A DNA stretch of 51,598 nt from Thermodesulfobacteriota bacterium (GCA_036381125.1 DASVDK010000154.1:1-51598); one strand, 5' to 3'. Counted from the stretch's first letter, positions 8,997 to 21,300 are shown. The notes: generated by a model from the sequence alone, not told the origin. Numbers and translations: made by a program.

Positions 8997-10718
8997 ATGT
9001 CGAGAGTTCACGGTCTCACCACACGCGTCCGCCTGCTGGTCCGCGTCCTCGGCCCCCGTCTGGGCTGGCTCCTGACGATCGCGGTCGGCGTCATCGCGGG
9101 CGGCGCGGCCGTCCTCCTGGTCGTCCTGATCCACCTCGTCGAGCGCCTGATGCACACGGGCGGCGCCGGGCTCGAGGGGCCGATCCGCATCGCGGCCGTC
9201 GTCCTCGCGCCCGCAGCCGGCGGCCTCGCCGCGGGACTCCTCGTCCGCTACGTCGTGCCCGAGGCGGAGGGCTCCGGCATCCCACAGGTGAAGGTCGCCC
9301 TCGCCCGGGCGGGGGGGCGCATCCCGCTTCGCGTCGCGCTCGGCAAGCTCGTCGCCTGCGCCGTCGCCATCGGCTCGGGCGGCTCGCTCGGCCGCGAGGG
9401 ACCGACCGTCCAGATTGCCGCCGGCCTCGGGTCCGCCGTCGGCGGCTCGCTCCCCGGGCGGGCCTCCCGCCGGCGCGACCTCGCGGTCGTCGGCGCCGCG
9501 GCAGGTATCGCCGCCGCGTTCAACACCCCCATTGCCGCCGTCACCTTCACGCTCGAGGAGATCGTCGGCGACCTGAACGCCCGCATCCTCGGCGCCACGA
9601 TCGTCGCGGCCGTCGTCGCGTCGGTGGTCCGTCGCGCCCTCCTCGGCAGCGAGGCGATCTTCCACGTCCCGCCGTACCAGCTGCTCCACGTGTGGGAGCT
9701 GCCGGCCTACGCGATCGTCGGCGCCGCGGCCGCGCTGCTCGCGTTCGCCTTCGCGCGGGGCCTCCTCGCCCTGCGGGGCGTCGTCATGCGGTCGCCGCTG
9801 CCGGCGCCGCTCAACCCCGCGCTGGGAGGGCTCGCCGTGGGCCTCCTCGCCCTCGCGACGCCCCACGTTCTCGGCGGCGGCTACCGGACGCTCGAGGCGG
9901 CGCTCGCCGGCGCCTTGCCGCTCGGCCTCCTGCTGCTCCTCGCCGCGGCCAAGCCGCTCGCCACCATCTTCAGCTACTCGAGCGGCGGGCCCGGAGGGAT
10001 CTTCGCCCCCTCGCTCTTCATGGGGGCCATGGTGGGGGGCGCCGTCGGCACGCTCGTGAACATGGCATCGGCCGGCGCGTCGGCAGGTCCCGGCGCCTAC
10101 GCGCTGGTCGGGATGGGGGCGTTCTTCGCGGCGCTCATCCGGGCGCCGATCACGTCGGTGCTCATCATCTTCGAGCTGACGAACACCTACACGATCATCC
10201 TGCCGCTCATGCTCGCCAACACGGTCGCGTACACGATCGCGCAGCGGCTCGCGCCGGTGCCGATCTACGAGGCGCTCCTCGCCCAGAACGGCGTCCGCCT
10301 GCCGTCGCCGACCGACGACCGGCTCGCCCGCGTGACCGTCGAGCGCGCCATGACGACCGACGTGGAGTCGCTGCCGGCGGACTTCACGGTCGCCGAGGCC
10401 TCGCCCCTCCTGCCGCTCCTCCTGCACTCGGGCTTCCCCGTCGTCGACGGCGACCGGCGCCTCGTCGGCCTCGTCACGGCCGGCGAGATCGCCCGGGCCG
10501 AGGCGCGCGGCGAGGGCCGGCTCACCCTCGCCGACCTCGCGGCCCGCCGCCCCGTGATGACCGCCTTCCCCGACGAGACGCTCGACGCCGTCGTCGTGCG
10601 CCTGGCCGAGAAGGGGGTCCGCCGGCTGCCGGTCGTACGCCGCGACGACCCCACGCGCCTCGTCGGGATCGTCACGATGCACGACGTCCTCGCCGCCTAC
10701 GCGCGGGCGACGAGCTGA
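8997..10718 (+). CDS. ClC family H+/Cl- exchanger with CBS pair
   Basis: GSGIP, GREGP, FTLEE, GIFAP, IYE motifs; C-terminal CBS domains. Confidence 0.93.
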   Translation: MSRVHGLTTRVRLLVRVLGPRLGWLLTIAVGVIAGGAAVLLVVLIHLVERLMHTGGAGLEGPIRIAAVVLAPAAGGLAAGLLVRYVVPEAEGSGIPQVKVALARAGGRIPLRVALGKLVACAVAIGSGGSLGREGPTVQIAAGLGSAVGGSLPGRASRRRDLAVVGAAAGIAAAFNTPIAAVTFTLEEIVGDLNARILGATIVAAVVASVVRRALLGSEAIFHVPPYQLLHVWELPAYAIVGAAAALLAFAFARGLLALRGVVMRSPLPAPLNPALGGLAVGLLALATPHVLGGGYRTLEAALAGALPLGLLLLLAAAKPLATIFSYSSGGPGGIFAPSLFMGAMVGGAVGTLVNMASAGASAGPGAYALVGMGAFFAALIRAPITSVLIIFELTNTYTIILPLMLANTVAYTIAQRLAPVPIYEALLAQNGVRLPSPTDDRLARVTVERAMTTDVESLPADFTVAEASPLLPLLLHSGFPVVDGDRRLVGLVTAGEIARAEARGEGRLTLADLAARRPVMTAFPDETLDAVVVRLAEKGVRRLPVVRRDDPTRLVGIVTMHDVLAAYARATS

Positions 10719-10728
10719 GCGCCGCGGC

Positions 10729-12399
10729 TCAGGGCCAGGTGAGGCCGGGGATCCTCACGCCCCGCTCGCGCGCCACCTCTCTCGCCCGGTCGTAGCCGGC
10801 GTCCGCGTGCCGCACCACCCCCGTGCCCGGGTCGGCCGTCAGCACCCGCTCGAGCCGGCGGGCGGCCGCCGGCGTTCCGTCCGCCACGACGACCATCCCG
10901 GCGTGCAGCGAGTAGCCGATCCCCACCCCGCCGCCGTGGTGCACCGACACCCAGGTCGCGCCGCAGGCGGTGTTGAGGAGCGCGTTCAGCACCGGCCAGT
11001 CGGCGATCGCGTCGGAGCCGTCGGCCATCGCCTCCGTCTCGCGGTTCGGCGAGGCGACGCTCCCGGCGTCCAGGTGGTCGCGGCCGATGACGATCGGGGC
11101 CTTCACCGTCCCCTTCGCGACCAGGTCGTTGAAGATCGCCCCCGCCTTCGCGCGCGCCCCGTAACCGAGCCAGCAGATGCGCGCCGGAAGCCCCTGGAAC
11201 GCCACCCGCTCCCCCGCCATCGCGAGCCACCGCGCGAGGTCCCGGTCCTCGGGGAAGGCTGCCGCAAGCGCGCGATCGGTCGCGGCGATGTCCTCGGGGT
11301 CGCCCGAGAGCGCCACCCACCGGAAGGGTCCCTTCCCCTCGCAGAAGAGCGGCCGGACGTAGGCCGGCACGAAGCCTGGGATGTCGAAGGCGTGCTCGAC
11401 GCCCCCCTGCTCCGCCTCGGCCCGCAGGTTGTTGCCGTAGTCGAAGACGTGGGCCCCCGCCCGCTTGAGGTCGAGCAGCGCGCGCACGTGCCGCACCACC
11501 GACTGCCGCGCCCGCTCGACGTAGTCGTGCGGATGCTCCACCCGGAGGCGCGCCGCCTCCGCCACCGTCAGGCCCGACGGGACGTAGCCGGTGAGGAGGT
11601 CGTGCGCCGCCGTCTGGTCGGTGACGAGGTCCGGCACGACGCCGCGCCGCACCAGCTCCGGCATCACGTCGGCCGCGTTGCCCTGCAGCGCGATCGAGCG
11701 CGCCTCGCCCGCCTTCCGGTAACGCGCCGCCCGGGCGAGCGCGTCGTCGAGGTCGGCCGCCTGCTCGTCGACGTATCGCGTCGCGAGGCGCCTCTCGATC
11801 CGCGCCGGGTCGACCTCCACGACGATCGCCACGCCGCCCGCCATGACCGCGGCCAGCGGCTGGGCCCCTCCCATGCCCCCCAGGCCCGCCGTGACCACCA
11901 GCCGGCCCCGCAGGCCGTCGCTCCCGGGGAAGTGGGCGCGCGCCGCGGCCGCGAAGGTCTCGTAGGTCCCCTGGAGGATCCCCTGGGTGCCGATGTAGAT
12001 CCACGACCCTGCCGTCATCTGCCCGAACATCGTGAGGCCCAGGGCGTCGAGCCGCCGGAACTCGTCCCAGGTTCCCCACTTCGGGACCAGGAGCGCGTTG
12101 GCGATGAGCACCCGCGGCGCGTCCTCGTGCGTCCGGAAGACCCCCACCGGCTTGCCCGACTGCACGAGCAGCGTCTCGTCGTCGCCGAGCGCGCGCAGCG
12201 AGTCGACGATCCGGTGGAAGGCCGGCCAGTCGCGCGCCGCCTTGCCCGACCCGCCGTAGACGACCAGGTCCTGGGGGCGCTCGGCCACCTCGGGGTCGAG
12301 GTTGTTCATGAGCATCCGCAGCGCCGCCTCCTGCCCCCAGCCCTTGCAGGAGCGCTCCCGGCCGCGCGGCGCACGGACCATCACCGGTCCGTCGGTCAT
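10729..12399 (-). CDS. hutU: Urocanate hydratase
   Basis: [59 protein letters not shown]. Confidence 0.97.
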   Translation of the reverse strand: MTDGPVMVRAPRGRERSCKGWGQEAALRMLMNNLDPEVAERPQDLVVYGGSGKAARDWPAFHRIVDSLRALGDDETLLVQSGKPVGVFRTHEDAPRVLIANALLVPKWGTWDEFRRLDALGLTMFGQMTAGSWIYIGTQGILQGTYETFAAAARAHFPGSDGLRGRLVVTAGLGGMGGAQPLAAVMAGGVAIVVEVDPARIERRLATRYVDEQAADLDDALARAARYRKAGEARSIALQGNAADVMPELVRRGVVPDLVTDQTAAHDLLTGYVPSGLTVAEAARLRVEHPHDYVERARQSVVRHVRALLDLKRAGAHVFDYGNNLRAEAEQGGVEHAFDIPGFVPAYVRPLFCEGKGPFRWVALSGDPEDIAATDRALAAAFPEDRDLARWLAMAGERVAFQGLPARICWLGYGARAKAGAIFNDLVAKGTVKAPIVIGRDHLDAGSVASPNRETEAMADGSDAIADWPVLNALLNTACGATWVSVHHGGGVGIGYSLHAGMVVVADGTPAAARRLERVLTADPGTGVVRHADAGYDRAREVARERGVRIPGLTWP

Positions 12400-12412
12400 G
12401 GTCACCCTCCCG

Positions 12413-14014
12413 TCACCAGAGCCGAACCCCGAGGGCGTCGCCTGCCGCCTCCGCGAGCGCGCCCGACAGCACGAGCCGCTTCGCCACGGCCAGGTCCGCC
12501 CCCATGAGCCGGTCGCCGTCGAGGCGGGGGATCGCCTCGCGCAGGCGCTCGTGCGCCGCCGCCGCCCCCCGCCCCGCACGGAGCGGCCGCCGGAAGTCGA
12601 GCCCCTGCGCCGCGGCCAGCGCCTCGATCGCGAGCACCTGGGCCAGGAGGTCCACGATCTGCGCCGCCTGCCGGGCCGCGTGGAGGCCCATCGAGACGTG
12701 GTCCTCCTTGTTCGCCGAGGTCGGGATCGAGTCGACCGACGCCGGAGCCGCCAGCGCCTTCGCCTCCGAGACCAGCGAGGCGGCCACCACGTGCGGGATC
12801 ATGAAGCCCGAGTTGAGGCCGCTCCGCTCGACGAGGAACGGCGGCAGCCCCGAGAGCGCCGGGTCCACCAGGCGCGCCGTCCGCCGCTCGCTGATCGAGG
12901 CGACGGCGACAAGCCCGATCTTGAGGGCGTCGAGCGCCGCGGCGACCGGCTGGCCGTGGAAGTTACCCGCGCTGATGAATTCCTCGGACGGGCCGCCTCC
13001 TGTCTGCGGGCCGCGGGGCGTGCCCGCGCCGACGAACGGCTCCGCCCCGTCTTCCGGGAAGACCAGCGGGTTGTCGGTGGCGCTGTTGACCTCGATCGCG
13101 AGGACCCGCCGGGCGTGTTCCGCCGCGTCGCGCCCCGCGCCGTGGACCTGCGGCATGCAGCGGAGCGAGTAGGCGTCCTGCACCCGGCCGCAGTCGCGGT
13201 GCGATTCGTAGATCGGGCTGTCGGCCAGGAGGCGGCGAAGGTTCTCCGCCGAGGCCGCCTGCCCCGGGTGCGGGCGGACCGCCTGCACGCGCGCGTCGAA
13301 GGCGCGGGGCGTCCCCATGAGCGCCTCGAGCGTCATGGCCCCCACCACGTCCGCCGCCGTGAGCAGCCGGGACGCGTCGGTCAGGGCGAGCGCGCCGACG
13401 GCCGTCATCGCCTGCGTCCCGTTGATCAGGGCCAGGCCCTCCTTCGCCTCGAGGACGATCGGCCCCAACCCCGCCCCGAGGAGCGCATCGGCCGCCGGCT
13501 GCACCACGCCCCTGTACTCCGCCTCGCCGAGGCCGATCAGCACCGCCGCCAGGTGCGCGAGCGGCGCCAGGTCGCCCGACGCGCCGACCGAGCCCTGCGA
13601 CGGGACCACCGGATGCACCCCCGCGTTCAGCAGCGCCGCCAGCGCCTCCACCACCTCCGGCCGCACCCCCGAGTGCCCTCGCGCCAGCGTATTGGCCCTG
13701 AGCAGCGTCATCGCCCGCACGACCGGTGTCGGGAACGGCGGGCCCACGCCGCAGGCGTGGCTCACCACGAGGTTCCTCTGGAGGTGGGCGATCTCGTGCG
13801 GCGGGATCCGCACCTCCGCCATCGCCCCGAAGCCCGTGTTCACCCCGTAGACCGGCCGGTCCCCTTCCAGGCAACGGACGACCGCGGCGCGGGAGGCCTC
13901 GAGGCGGGGCCGGACCTGAGGGGCAAGCGCCGCGGGCGCGCCCCCCGCAACCGCCGCCACTCCCTCCAGGGTCAGCGACTCGCCGTCGATCAGGACCGGG
14001 GCGTCGGCATCCAT
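12413..14014 (-). CDS. hutH: Histidine ammonia-lyase
   Basis: [11 protein letters not shown] motif [29 protein letters not shown]; adjacent to hutU. Confidence 0.96.
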   Translation of the reverse strand: MDADAPVLIDGESLTLEGVAAVAGGAPAALAPQVRPRLEASRAAVVRCLEGDRPVYGVNTGFGAMAEVRIPPHEIAHLQRNLVVSHACGVGPPFPTPVVRAMTLLRANTLARGHSGVRPEVVEALAALLNAGVHPVVPSQGSVGASGDLAPLAHLAAVLIGLGEAEYRGVVQPAADALLGAGLGPIVLEAKEGLALINGTQAMTAVGALALTDASRLLTAADVVGAMTLEALMGTPRAFDARVQAVRPHPGQAASAENLRRLLADSPIYESHRDCGRVQDAYSLRCMPQVHGAGRDAAEHARRVLAIEVNSATDNPLVFPEDGAEPFVGAGTPRGPQTGGGPSEEFISAGNFHGQPVAAALDALKIGLVAVASISERRTARLVDPALSGLPPFLVERSGLNSGFMIPHVVAASLVSEAKALAAPASVDSIPTSANKEDHVSMGLHAARQAAQIVDLLAQVLAIEALAAAQGLDFRRPLRAGRGAAAAHERLREAIPRLDGDRLMGADLAVAKRLVLSGALAEAAGDALGVRLW

Positions 14015-14100
14015 GTCCCTGTTATGTCGCCCGGGCCGGGAAAATGCCAGCCGGTCGGCCGGCGGGGACTACAATCAGCGCGACCACCAGGGGGGAATCG

Positions 14101-14907
14101 ATGACCATGCTCGGCTTCCGCATCGAGCCCGCGGCGGCGCAGGCGCCCGCCGACCTCGTGGAGCGGTTCCGCTCCGTGGCGACCGCCCACATCAGCGACA
14201 GCATGAACCGCCTCTGCGGGACCGTCGGCCTGCGCCCCTTCCATCGCGGCGGCCGACTCGCCGGCACCGCCTTCACCGTGAAGACCCGACCCGGCGACAA
14301 CCTGATGGTCCACAAGGCGCTCGACCTGGCGCGGCCCGGCGACGTGCTCGTCGTCGACGGCGGCGGCGAGCTGCACCAGGCGCTCGTCGGCGAGCTGATG
14401 CAGATGTACGCCATCAGCCGCGGCCTCGCCGGCCTCGTCATCGACGGCGCCGTACGTGACGTCGCCGTGCTCGCCGCCTCCGACTTCCCCTGCTTCGCCC
14501 GCGGCGCCACGCATCGCGGCCCCTATAAGGACGGTCCCGGCGAGATCAACGTGCCGGTCTCGATCGGCGGCCTCGTCGTCAACCCCGGCGACATCGTCGT
14601 CGGCGACGAGGACGGCCTCGTGGCCTCCCCGCAGGCTGTCTCGGTGGCTCTCCTCGAGCAGGTCCGCGCGAAGGCCGCCGCCGAGGACGAGATCACGCGC
14701 GCCATCCGCGCCGGCCGCTTCGACCGGCCCTGGCTCGATCGGACGTTCCGTGAGAAACGCGGTACGGTAAAGAGACGCAAGTGCAGGTATCGGTCTGGAC
14801 GCAAGCCACCGGTACCGAGATGTCTTCAACTGTCCGAGATCAGGGCGTTGCTGTGGCCAGGGAAAACAGCAACGCGACCCACCGTGTCCACCGTTCGCAT
14901 AAGTTAG
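14101..14907 (+). CDS. RraA / HMG-aldolase family protein with probable non-native C-terminal extension
   Basis: AHISDSM, PGDNLMVH, GELM, DGAVRD, PGDIVVGDEDG; family similarity ends near 14750. Confidence 0.85.
   Translation: MTMLGFRIEPAAAQAPADLVERFRSVATAHISDSMNRLCGTVGLRPFHRGGRLAGTAFTVKTRPGDNLMVHKALDLARPGDVLVVDGGGELHQALVGELMQMYAISRGLAGLVIDGAVRDVAVLAASDFPCFARGATHRGPYKDGPGEINVPVSIGGLVVNPGDIVVGDEDGLVASPQAVSVALLEQVRAKAAAEDEITRAIRAGRFDRPWLDRTFREKRGTVKRRKCRYRSGRKPPVPRCLQLSEIRALLWPGKTATRPTVSTVRIS
14845..14875. terminator. Hairpin between convergent genes (possible terminator)
   Basis: GCGTTGCTGT-11 nt-ACAGCAACGC, 10-bp inverted repeat. Confidence 0.35.
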
Positions 14908-15359
14908 TCCCGATTCTTCTGCGGAATACCCCACGCATCAAGCTGTTCCATCAGGCCGCTGCCGTGCTCGTGCACGACCAGGTATCCCCTGGGCCAACGC
15001 GCCTTCCGGCGAACCGCGATGTAGAGGCCGAATCTGCCAGACCAGCTGTACCGAGGAGTCTTGAAAACGTATCGGATATCGGAAGCAGGGATGAATTCCT
15101 CGTTCCGGCCCACCCGTATCCGGACACCATCACGGCAAACAGCCGTGACCCTCGCAAGACTCCTGAGCACGAACAGGGCCGCGGCACTTCCCGCAATGCT
15201 GAGGACTGTTCCCGACAATTCCCCGAAGGCGACTCCGGCGACGATGAGGATCCCACTGGCCGCCAGGGTCAAGATGGCGATCGTCGTGAGCCCTCTCCGA
15301 ATAAGCCGGTTGCCGGTCGACTCGACGATCTCCGTATCGAACATACACTCCTCAGACAT
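14904..15359 (-). CDS. Putative immunity protein (2 TM helices plus small beta domain, possibly bPH-like)
   Basis: Lower GC; starts 8 nt after the RHS stop with GAGGAG RBS; position typical of a cognate immunity gene. Confidence 0.65.
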   Translation of the reverse strand: MSEECMFDTEIVESTGNRLIRRGLTTIAILTLAASGILIVAGVAFGELSGTVLSIAGSAAALFVLRSLARVTAVCRDGVRIRVGRNEEFIPASDIRYVFKTPRYSWSGRFGLYIAVRRKARWPRGYLVVHEHGSGLMEQLDAWGIPQKNRD

Positions 15360-15366
15360 GCGCTCC

Positions 15367-18300
15367 TCAGTAGGCGACCTGCTTCAAAGATGCGAGATCG
15401 TTCCAAAGGTTTCCCCAGCCATTGACCTCCGCTTGCAGGACGACTCCATGAGTCTCGACTGGGGTCAGGTTCGGCCCGAATCCGACATTGATATCAAACC
15501 CTCCGTAAGGCCTCGCCGCATCCTGAATCACGAGCTCGCCGCCTACAGATATCAGGCCAGGGCTCACGGAGCTCCCAATCTGGACGCTCATCCCCGATAG
15601 CTCGCAGATCGTATCGGCGCTTGTCCACTGAAACGTCAGCCCAAGCGACGTCCCAATTCCGCCATAACCGCCTGCTCCTCGGGAATAGACTGTGCCATAG
15701 TTACCTCGACTATCGAATACGAACACTTTACTTTCCGTGTAGCCCGCACCTGCACCGATGATTCCACTCAGTCCGATCCCAACCGTCCAAAGCCCTAGCG
15801 GATCGCGAAGGTTGGTCGGGTCGGCCAACGCGTACCGATAGAGATTCGTGTCGTTAGCTGCGAATCGGATAGCGTCCTTGGCCGTCCACCGCCCGATCCG
15901 GGGATCATAGTCCCGCACCCCGAACCGCACGAGCCCCGTGTCCGGGTCCTCGAGCCCCCCAGCGAACCCGAAGGGCTGGAACCCGGGGTTCGTGTCGAGG
16001 AGTACATTGCCCCACGCGTCGTAGTCCCGCCGCTGGACCACGGCCCCCGTCGCCGTGTCCACCACGAGCCGCAGGCTGCCCAGGTGGTCGGTCAAGAGCC
16101 GGTACGTCGCCCCGCCCTTGACGACGTAGTCGGGCACCAGGGGGTTGGACCCATAGACGAACCGGGCCACCACCTGCCCGCTGCCATCCAGCTCGGCCAC
16201 CGGCTTGAGCTGGTCGCGGTACAGCCAGCCCTGGACGAGCATCCCATCCACCGTCTTCCCGATCCGCCGGTTCTGCCCGTCGATCAGGTACTCGAGCACC
16301 CGGCCGTCGGGCAGGTCCACCCGGGTCAGATTCCCCAGGAGGTCGTACGTGTATGTTGTCGTCCCCGACGCATCCGTCTTCGTCCGTAGCTCCCCGTTGG
16401 CCGTGTAGGTGTACGTCGCGCCGCCGTACGTCAGCAACCGGTCCTGCTCGTCGTACGTGCCGGTCTCGGTCCCACTGGGCGTCGTCGCGCTCAGGCGGTT
16501 GCCATTGGCGTCGTAGGTGTACGTCGCCGTCACGACCCCGTCGACCGTCACCTGGTCGAGCCGGCCCGCGGCGTCGTACCGGTAGCCGGTCACCGTTGTC
16601 ACGCCCTCGAGGGTCTCCGTCTGCTCGACAATCCGCCCGAGCGCGTCGCGCAGGTACGCGACCTCGAGCACCGGCGCCCCGTTCGCGTCCGCCCGATAGG
16701 TCTCGGGCTCGCCGAACGGCGTGTAGGTCCGGCTGTCAGTCACCGCCCCCAGGGTGGCCCCGGTGAGGAACCCGGTCTGGGGATCGCGCGCGAGGGTGAG
16801 CGCCCCCACGCCCGTGACCAGGCTGTCGGGGTCGTAGGTGTAGGTGACGCTCTGGGCGCCGTTCACCGCCTCGGTCGCGACCCGGAAGTCGGCGTCGTAG
16901 GTCCACGCCACGCTCCCGGTGACCGGCCCGCTCCCCCACGTCACGCTCGTCAGGAGCGACCCGTCGTAGGTGTAGGCGAGCGTGCCGCCGTCGGGCGCGG
17001 TCACCCCGGCCAGCCGCCCGGTGCCCGGCTCGTAGGCCAGCGTGGTCGTGCCGCGCGGCTGGGTGATCGTCCGAAGCCGCCCGCCCGAGTCGTAGCCGAA
17101 CGTGAGCGTCTGCCCGTCGGGTCGCGTGACGAGGGTCGGCTGCTTGTCGAGGTTGTAGGTGTAGGTGGTCGCCGGGTCGGCCACGTCGGGCACCGCGGGG
17201 GGCGTGTAGCTCGCCTCGAGGTCGACCGGCGTGTAGGTGAAGGCGTGCGCCGGCCGGCCGGGAGGCACGACCGCCGTGACGTTGCCGTTGGCGTCGTAGC
17301 CGAGGCCGATCACGGCGCTGTCGGGCCGCGTCTGCGCGGTCACCCGGTCGGCCAGGTCGTAGGCGAAGCCGGTCATCCGGCCCGCCGGGTCCCGGAGGCT
17401 GATCAGCCGATCGAGCCCGTCGTACCCGAAGGTCGTCACCCGCGCGGTCGGCCCGGTGCCCTCAGTCACCATCTCGAGCCGCCCGCGCGCGTCGTACGCC
17501 AGGCTCACGGGCGCGAGCCCGGGCCGGTCGACCTGCACCACGCGCCCCAGGGCGTCGAGCGTCGTCACCGTCTCGCGGCCCGCCGGGGTGCGCGTGAGGA
17601 GCGTCCGGGTCACGGCGTCGTAGGTGGCCGTGTACGTTCGGCCGTTGAGCGTGACCGTGTCGATCTGCGTGGTGGCGCTCAACGGATCGAACGGATCGGC
17701 CAGCGTAACACTGCGCGCCGCCGTCACGGTGCGCGTGAGCCCACTGGGCAGCCGGGTGGTGAGACTCTGGGCGACCGGCGCCTGCATGCCGAAGCGCGGA
17801 TCGGGGCCCGGCACGAGGGTCGTCACGGTCCCATCCGGCGCGGTCAGCGTGCGGCTGCTGCCGGGGCCCCGCACCTCGGTCGTCTTGACGCCACTCGGCT
17901 CGGTCGTCTCCCAGCGCTCGGCCCCGGTCGGCAGGCGCTCGACGTGGTAGCGCGTCGTCCGGCTCTCGCCGGGCGCCGGCGCCGTGGTCACGGTCACCGT
18001 GTAGCTGGTGTCGGCCTCCCCGCGCGCCAGCGTGGCCACCCCCCCGGCGGCGTCCTCGTCCTCGACGAGGCGGCCGAGGTCGTCGTAGGCGAAGTGTGCG
18101 GTGTCCTGCCGGGGCGTGGTCAGCGTCCGGAGCAGGCCCTGGGCGTCGTGCACGAGGCCCACGGTCTCGCCGGCCGGGTTGGTGACGCTCGCCAGGTAGC
18201 CCTGGGCATCCACGCTGAGGGTCGTCCGCTGCCCGCCGGGCGCCACGATGGCGGCCGGCGGGCCGGCCGCGTCCCGCTCGATCTGCGTGACGCGACCGGC

Positions 18301-21300
18301 CACATCGGTGATCGTTTGCAACCGGCCGGCGGCGTCGTACCCGAAGCTGTACTGGACCGCCCGGGTGCGCACGTCGAGGGTACGCAGATGGCGCCCCTGC
18401 GCGTCGAACACGTACAGCGCCTCGCCGTCCGCGCTCGCCACCGCCAGCTCGTCGCCATCGAAGCCGGGCAGCGGCGGCCCGATCCGCCGGACGCGGCGGT
18501 TGGACGTGTCGGCGATGTAGAGGCTGCCATCCGGCGCGGCCGCCAGGTCGGTCGGCGTGTTGAGGGTGGCGTCCGTGGCCGGGCCGCCGTCGCCCCCGAA
18601 CCCGGCGCTGCGCGTCCCCGCCACGGTGGTGATGATCCCTCTCGCATCGACCCGGCGCACGAGGTGCTCCGACGAGTCCACGAAGATGAGGCTCTGGTCG
18701 GGCAGGACCACCACACTATGGGGATAGGTGATTCGCGCCAGAGTCGCCGGCACGCCGTCGGCCGTCTGAATCCCCCCGCCCGCCACGGTCGTGATGAGGC
18801 CGTCGATGCCGACGCGACGGATGCGCCGGTTCGAGGCGTCGGCGATGTAGACCGAGCCGTCGGGCCCCACGCCGACCCCCTCCGGATGCCACAGTCGTGT
18901 CTGCGCCGCTGGAATCCCATCGCCGGTGTATCCGGCGAGCCCCGTGCCGGCGAGGGTTGTGATCACGCCGTCGGGCCCGACCCGCCGCACCCGGTGGTTG
19001 AACAGGTCCGCCAGATACAGCGTGCCGTCGGCCGCCACGGCCAGGCTCGGCACCCGACCGATCTGCGCCTGGGTGGCCGGCCCACCGTCGCCGCCGTAGG
19101 CCTCGACGCCCGTGCCGACCACCGTCCGGATGATCCCGTCGCGATCGATGCGGCGGATCCGGTGGTTGTGCGTGTCGGCGAGGTAGAGGCTGCCGTCCGG
19201 CCCGACGGCCACGCCGTGCGGCGCGTTGAGCATCGCCGCGACGGCCGGGCCGCCATCGCCGCTGAAGCCGGCGACGCCAGTGCCCGCCACCGCCGTGAGC
19301 TGACCGTCGGGGGCGAGCCGCCACACGCGGTGTGCGCTCGGTGTGGCGATGTACACACTGCCGTCGGCCCCGACGGCGACGCCGGACATGCCGTTGGCCA
19401 ACACCGCGGCAGTGTCGATCACGCGCTCGACGTGCTGGGTCGTGCGGCGGTCGCCGGTGCCGAGATACAGGACCCGGCCGAGCGGGTCGTAGGCGTGGTG
19501 CACGTCGAGCGTCCAGCCGCCGAGGCCCTGCCCCCGTGCGTCCCACGCCCCCAGCGGCACCCGGAGGTCGCGCCAGATGGTCACTGCCTGACGCCCCTGG
19601 CTGCCGGTGATCAGGCCGCCGCCGTTGTAGCCGAAGGTGGCGGCCAGGTCGCCCGGCTCGAGGTAGACGGCCGGGTAGACGTAGCCGATGCGGATGAACA
19701 GCGTCTGCTGGCCCTGCAGGGGGCGGCCGTAGGCGTCTTGGCCGTCCCAGGTGAAGGTGGTGCGCTGGTTGGCCAACGGGTCGAACAGCCGCCGCACCCG
19801 CTGCCCGGCGATGGTGAGCTCGAGCTCGATGCCCATCAGCCCCCGGGGCACCGACGCGCCGGTGAGCGGGATCTCGACCGTGCGCGCCGTCAGGCGGCCC
19901 GGCACCCGATCGCTCCGGTAGTTGAGGTTCAGGCCGGTCCCGGTCACCGGCAGCGTCTCGCCCAGGACCTGCGTCTGGCACTCGATGATCGAGCGCGACT
20001 GCCGCGATGGGCACTCCTCCGGAGTGCGGCGGGCGGATCTCTTCGCGGTGGCGGGTGCAGTCACTCGCGCCGGGATCGCAGCCTATCCCCCAGTTGCTGT
20101 CCCACGGCGTGAAGTGCGCGATCGGCACCCGCCACAGGCTCTGCCCCGCCGCGTAGAGCGTCGCCAACTGCTGCCGCTCGGCCAGCGTCACGCCGAGCGC
20201 CGCGCCGTCGTCCGCGACGCCGTTGCCGTCGGTGTCGATCTCGGCCACGCCGTCGGTGATCGCGACAATCTGGATGACGCGCCCGTTGGGCTCCGGAACC
20301 CAGGCGGCTCGCGCCCGGTCGTACGCCCCCACCGGCACCGGCGTCCCGACCGGGAAGCCGAGGAAGTTCTCCAGGTACTGGATGACCGGCTGGCTGAAGG
20401 TGACGCGCGAGGCGCCGGCCGCGCGCGCCTCGTCAACGCTGAACTCGACGGCGTACGTGTAGCCCACCGTGGGCGGCAGCTCGGCCGGCATTGCCTCGGG
20501 GCCGTTCGGCCCCACGGTGTACTCGGTCGCCCGGACCGTCAGGGTGCCGAGCGGCTGGGTCGTGCCGTCGGGCAGCACCATCGCCGCCGTCGTGCCGGCC
20601 GGCACGAGCACCGTCGCCCGTCGCGTCCCGTCGGCATCGCTCACCGGCGCCGCCCGGTGCACCTGCATCACCGGCGCCCCCGCCGTCATCACCGTCGTGA
20701 CGGGATCGAGCGGCACCAGGCGCACGTCGTCGACCACGACGAAGTCCTGCCAGGGGACCGTCACGGTGCGCTGCGCCGGCAGGGTGTTCGGGTGCTGGTA
20801 GTCGAGCGTGAGCGGGCCGCCGCCGTTGACCGCGAGGTCGAACATCCCGTCGGCCCGGCTCAGCGTCTGGCCGAACTCGGGGCGCCCGAGCACCGTCACG
20901 GTGGCGCCGGCGAAGGGCGCGCCCTCGCGCGTGAGCACCCGGCCGCGGATCACCGCCGCGCGGGCCGGCTCGATCGTGCCGGGCGCGACACCGGTCTGGA
21001 TGGGATTGGGCCCGGTGTAGAGGAAGGCGGTGGCGTCGGCCAGGCTCGTCACCCCGGTCGGGTCGAGCGGCGGGGCGACGGCGGCCGGGTCGGGCGGCAG
21101 GCTGGACGGCACGGTGGTCTCGACCGGGTCGCTCGTGTTGTCGGCCGCGTCGGTCACGACGATCGCCAGCGGGTCGCCGGCCTGGGCCGCCAGCGTCGCC
21201 GCGAAGCTGCCGTCGGCGGCCGCCACGACCGTGACCGCCTGCCCCGTGCGGAGGTTGGTCACCGTGACGCGCGCACCGGCCTCGACGGTCCCGGCCGCGC

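Noticed and set aside
14824-14910. Integron attC site after the immunity gene (TAAC at stop, central hairpin, distal GTT)
   Set aside because: R boxes are not complementary (GACTAAC versus GTTGAAG), no L-box pairing, no integrase
15461-15470. GGGGTCAGGT match to the repeat unit
   Set aside because: Only 10 bp, inside coding sequence; compatible with chance
18716-20000. C-terminal ~430 aa of the 1393-aa ORF
   Set aside because: Arg/Gly/Pro-rich off-frame read-through after the frameshift
15367-20064. Independent gene starting at GTG 20064
   Set aside because: No RBS, starts mid-domain, and the upstream ORF has no stop nearby; a frameshift of one gene fits better
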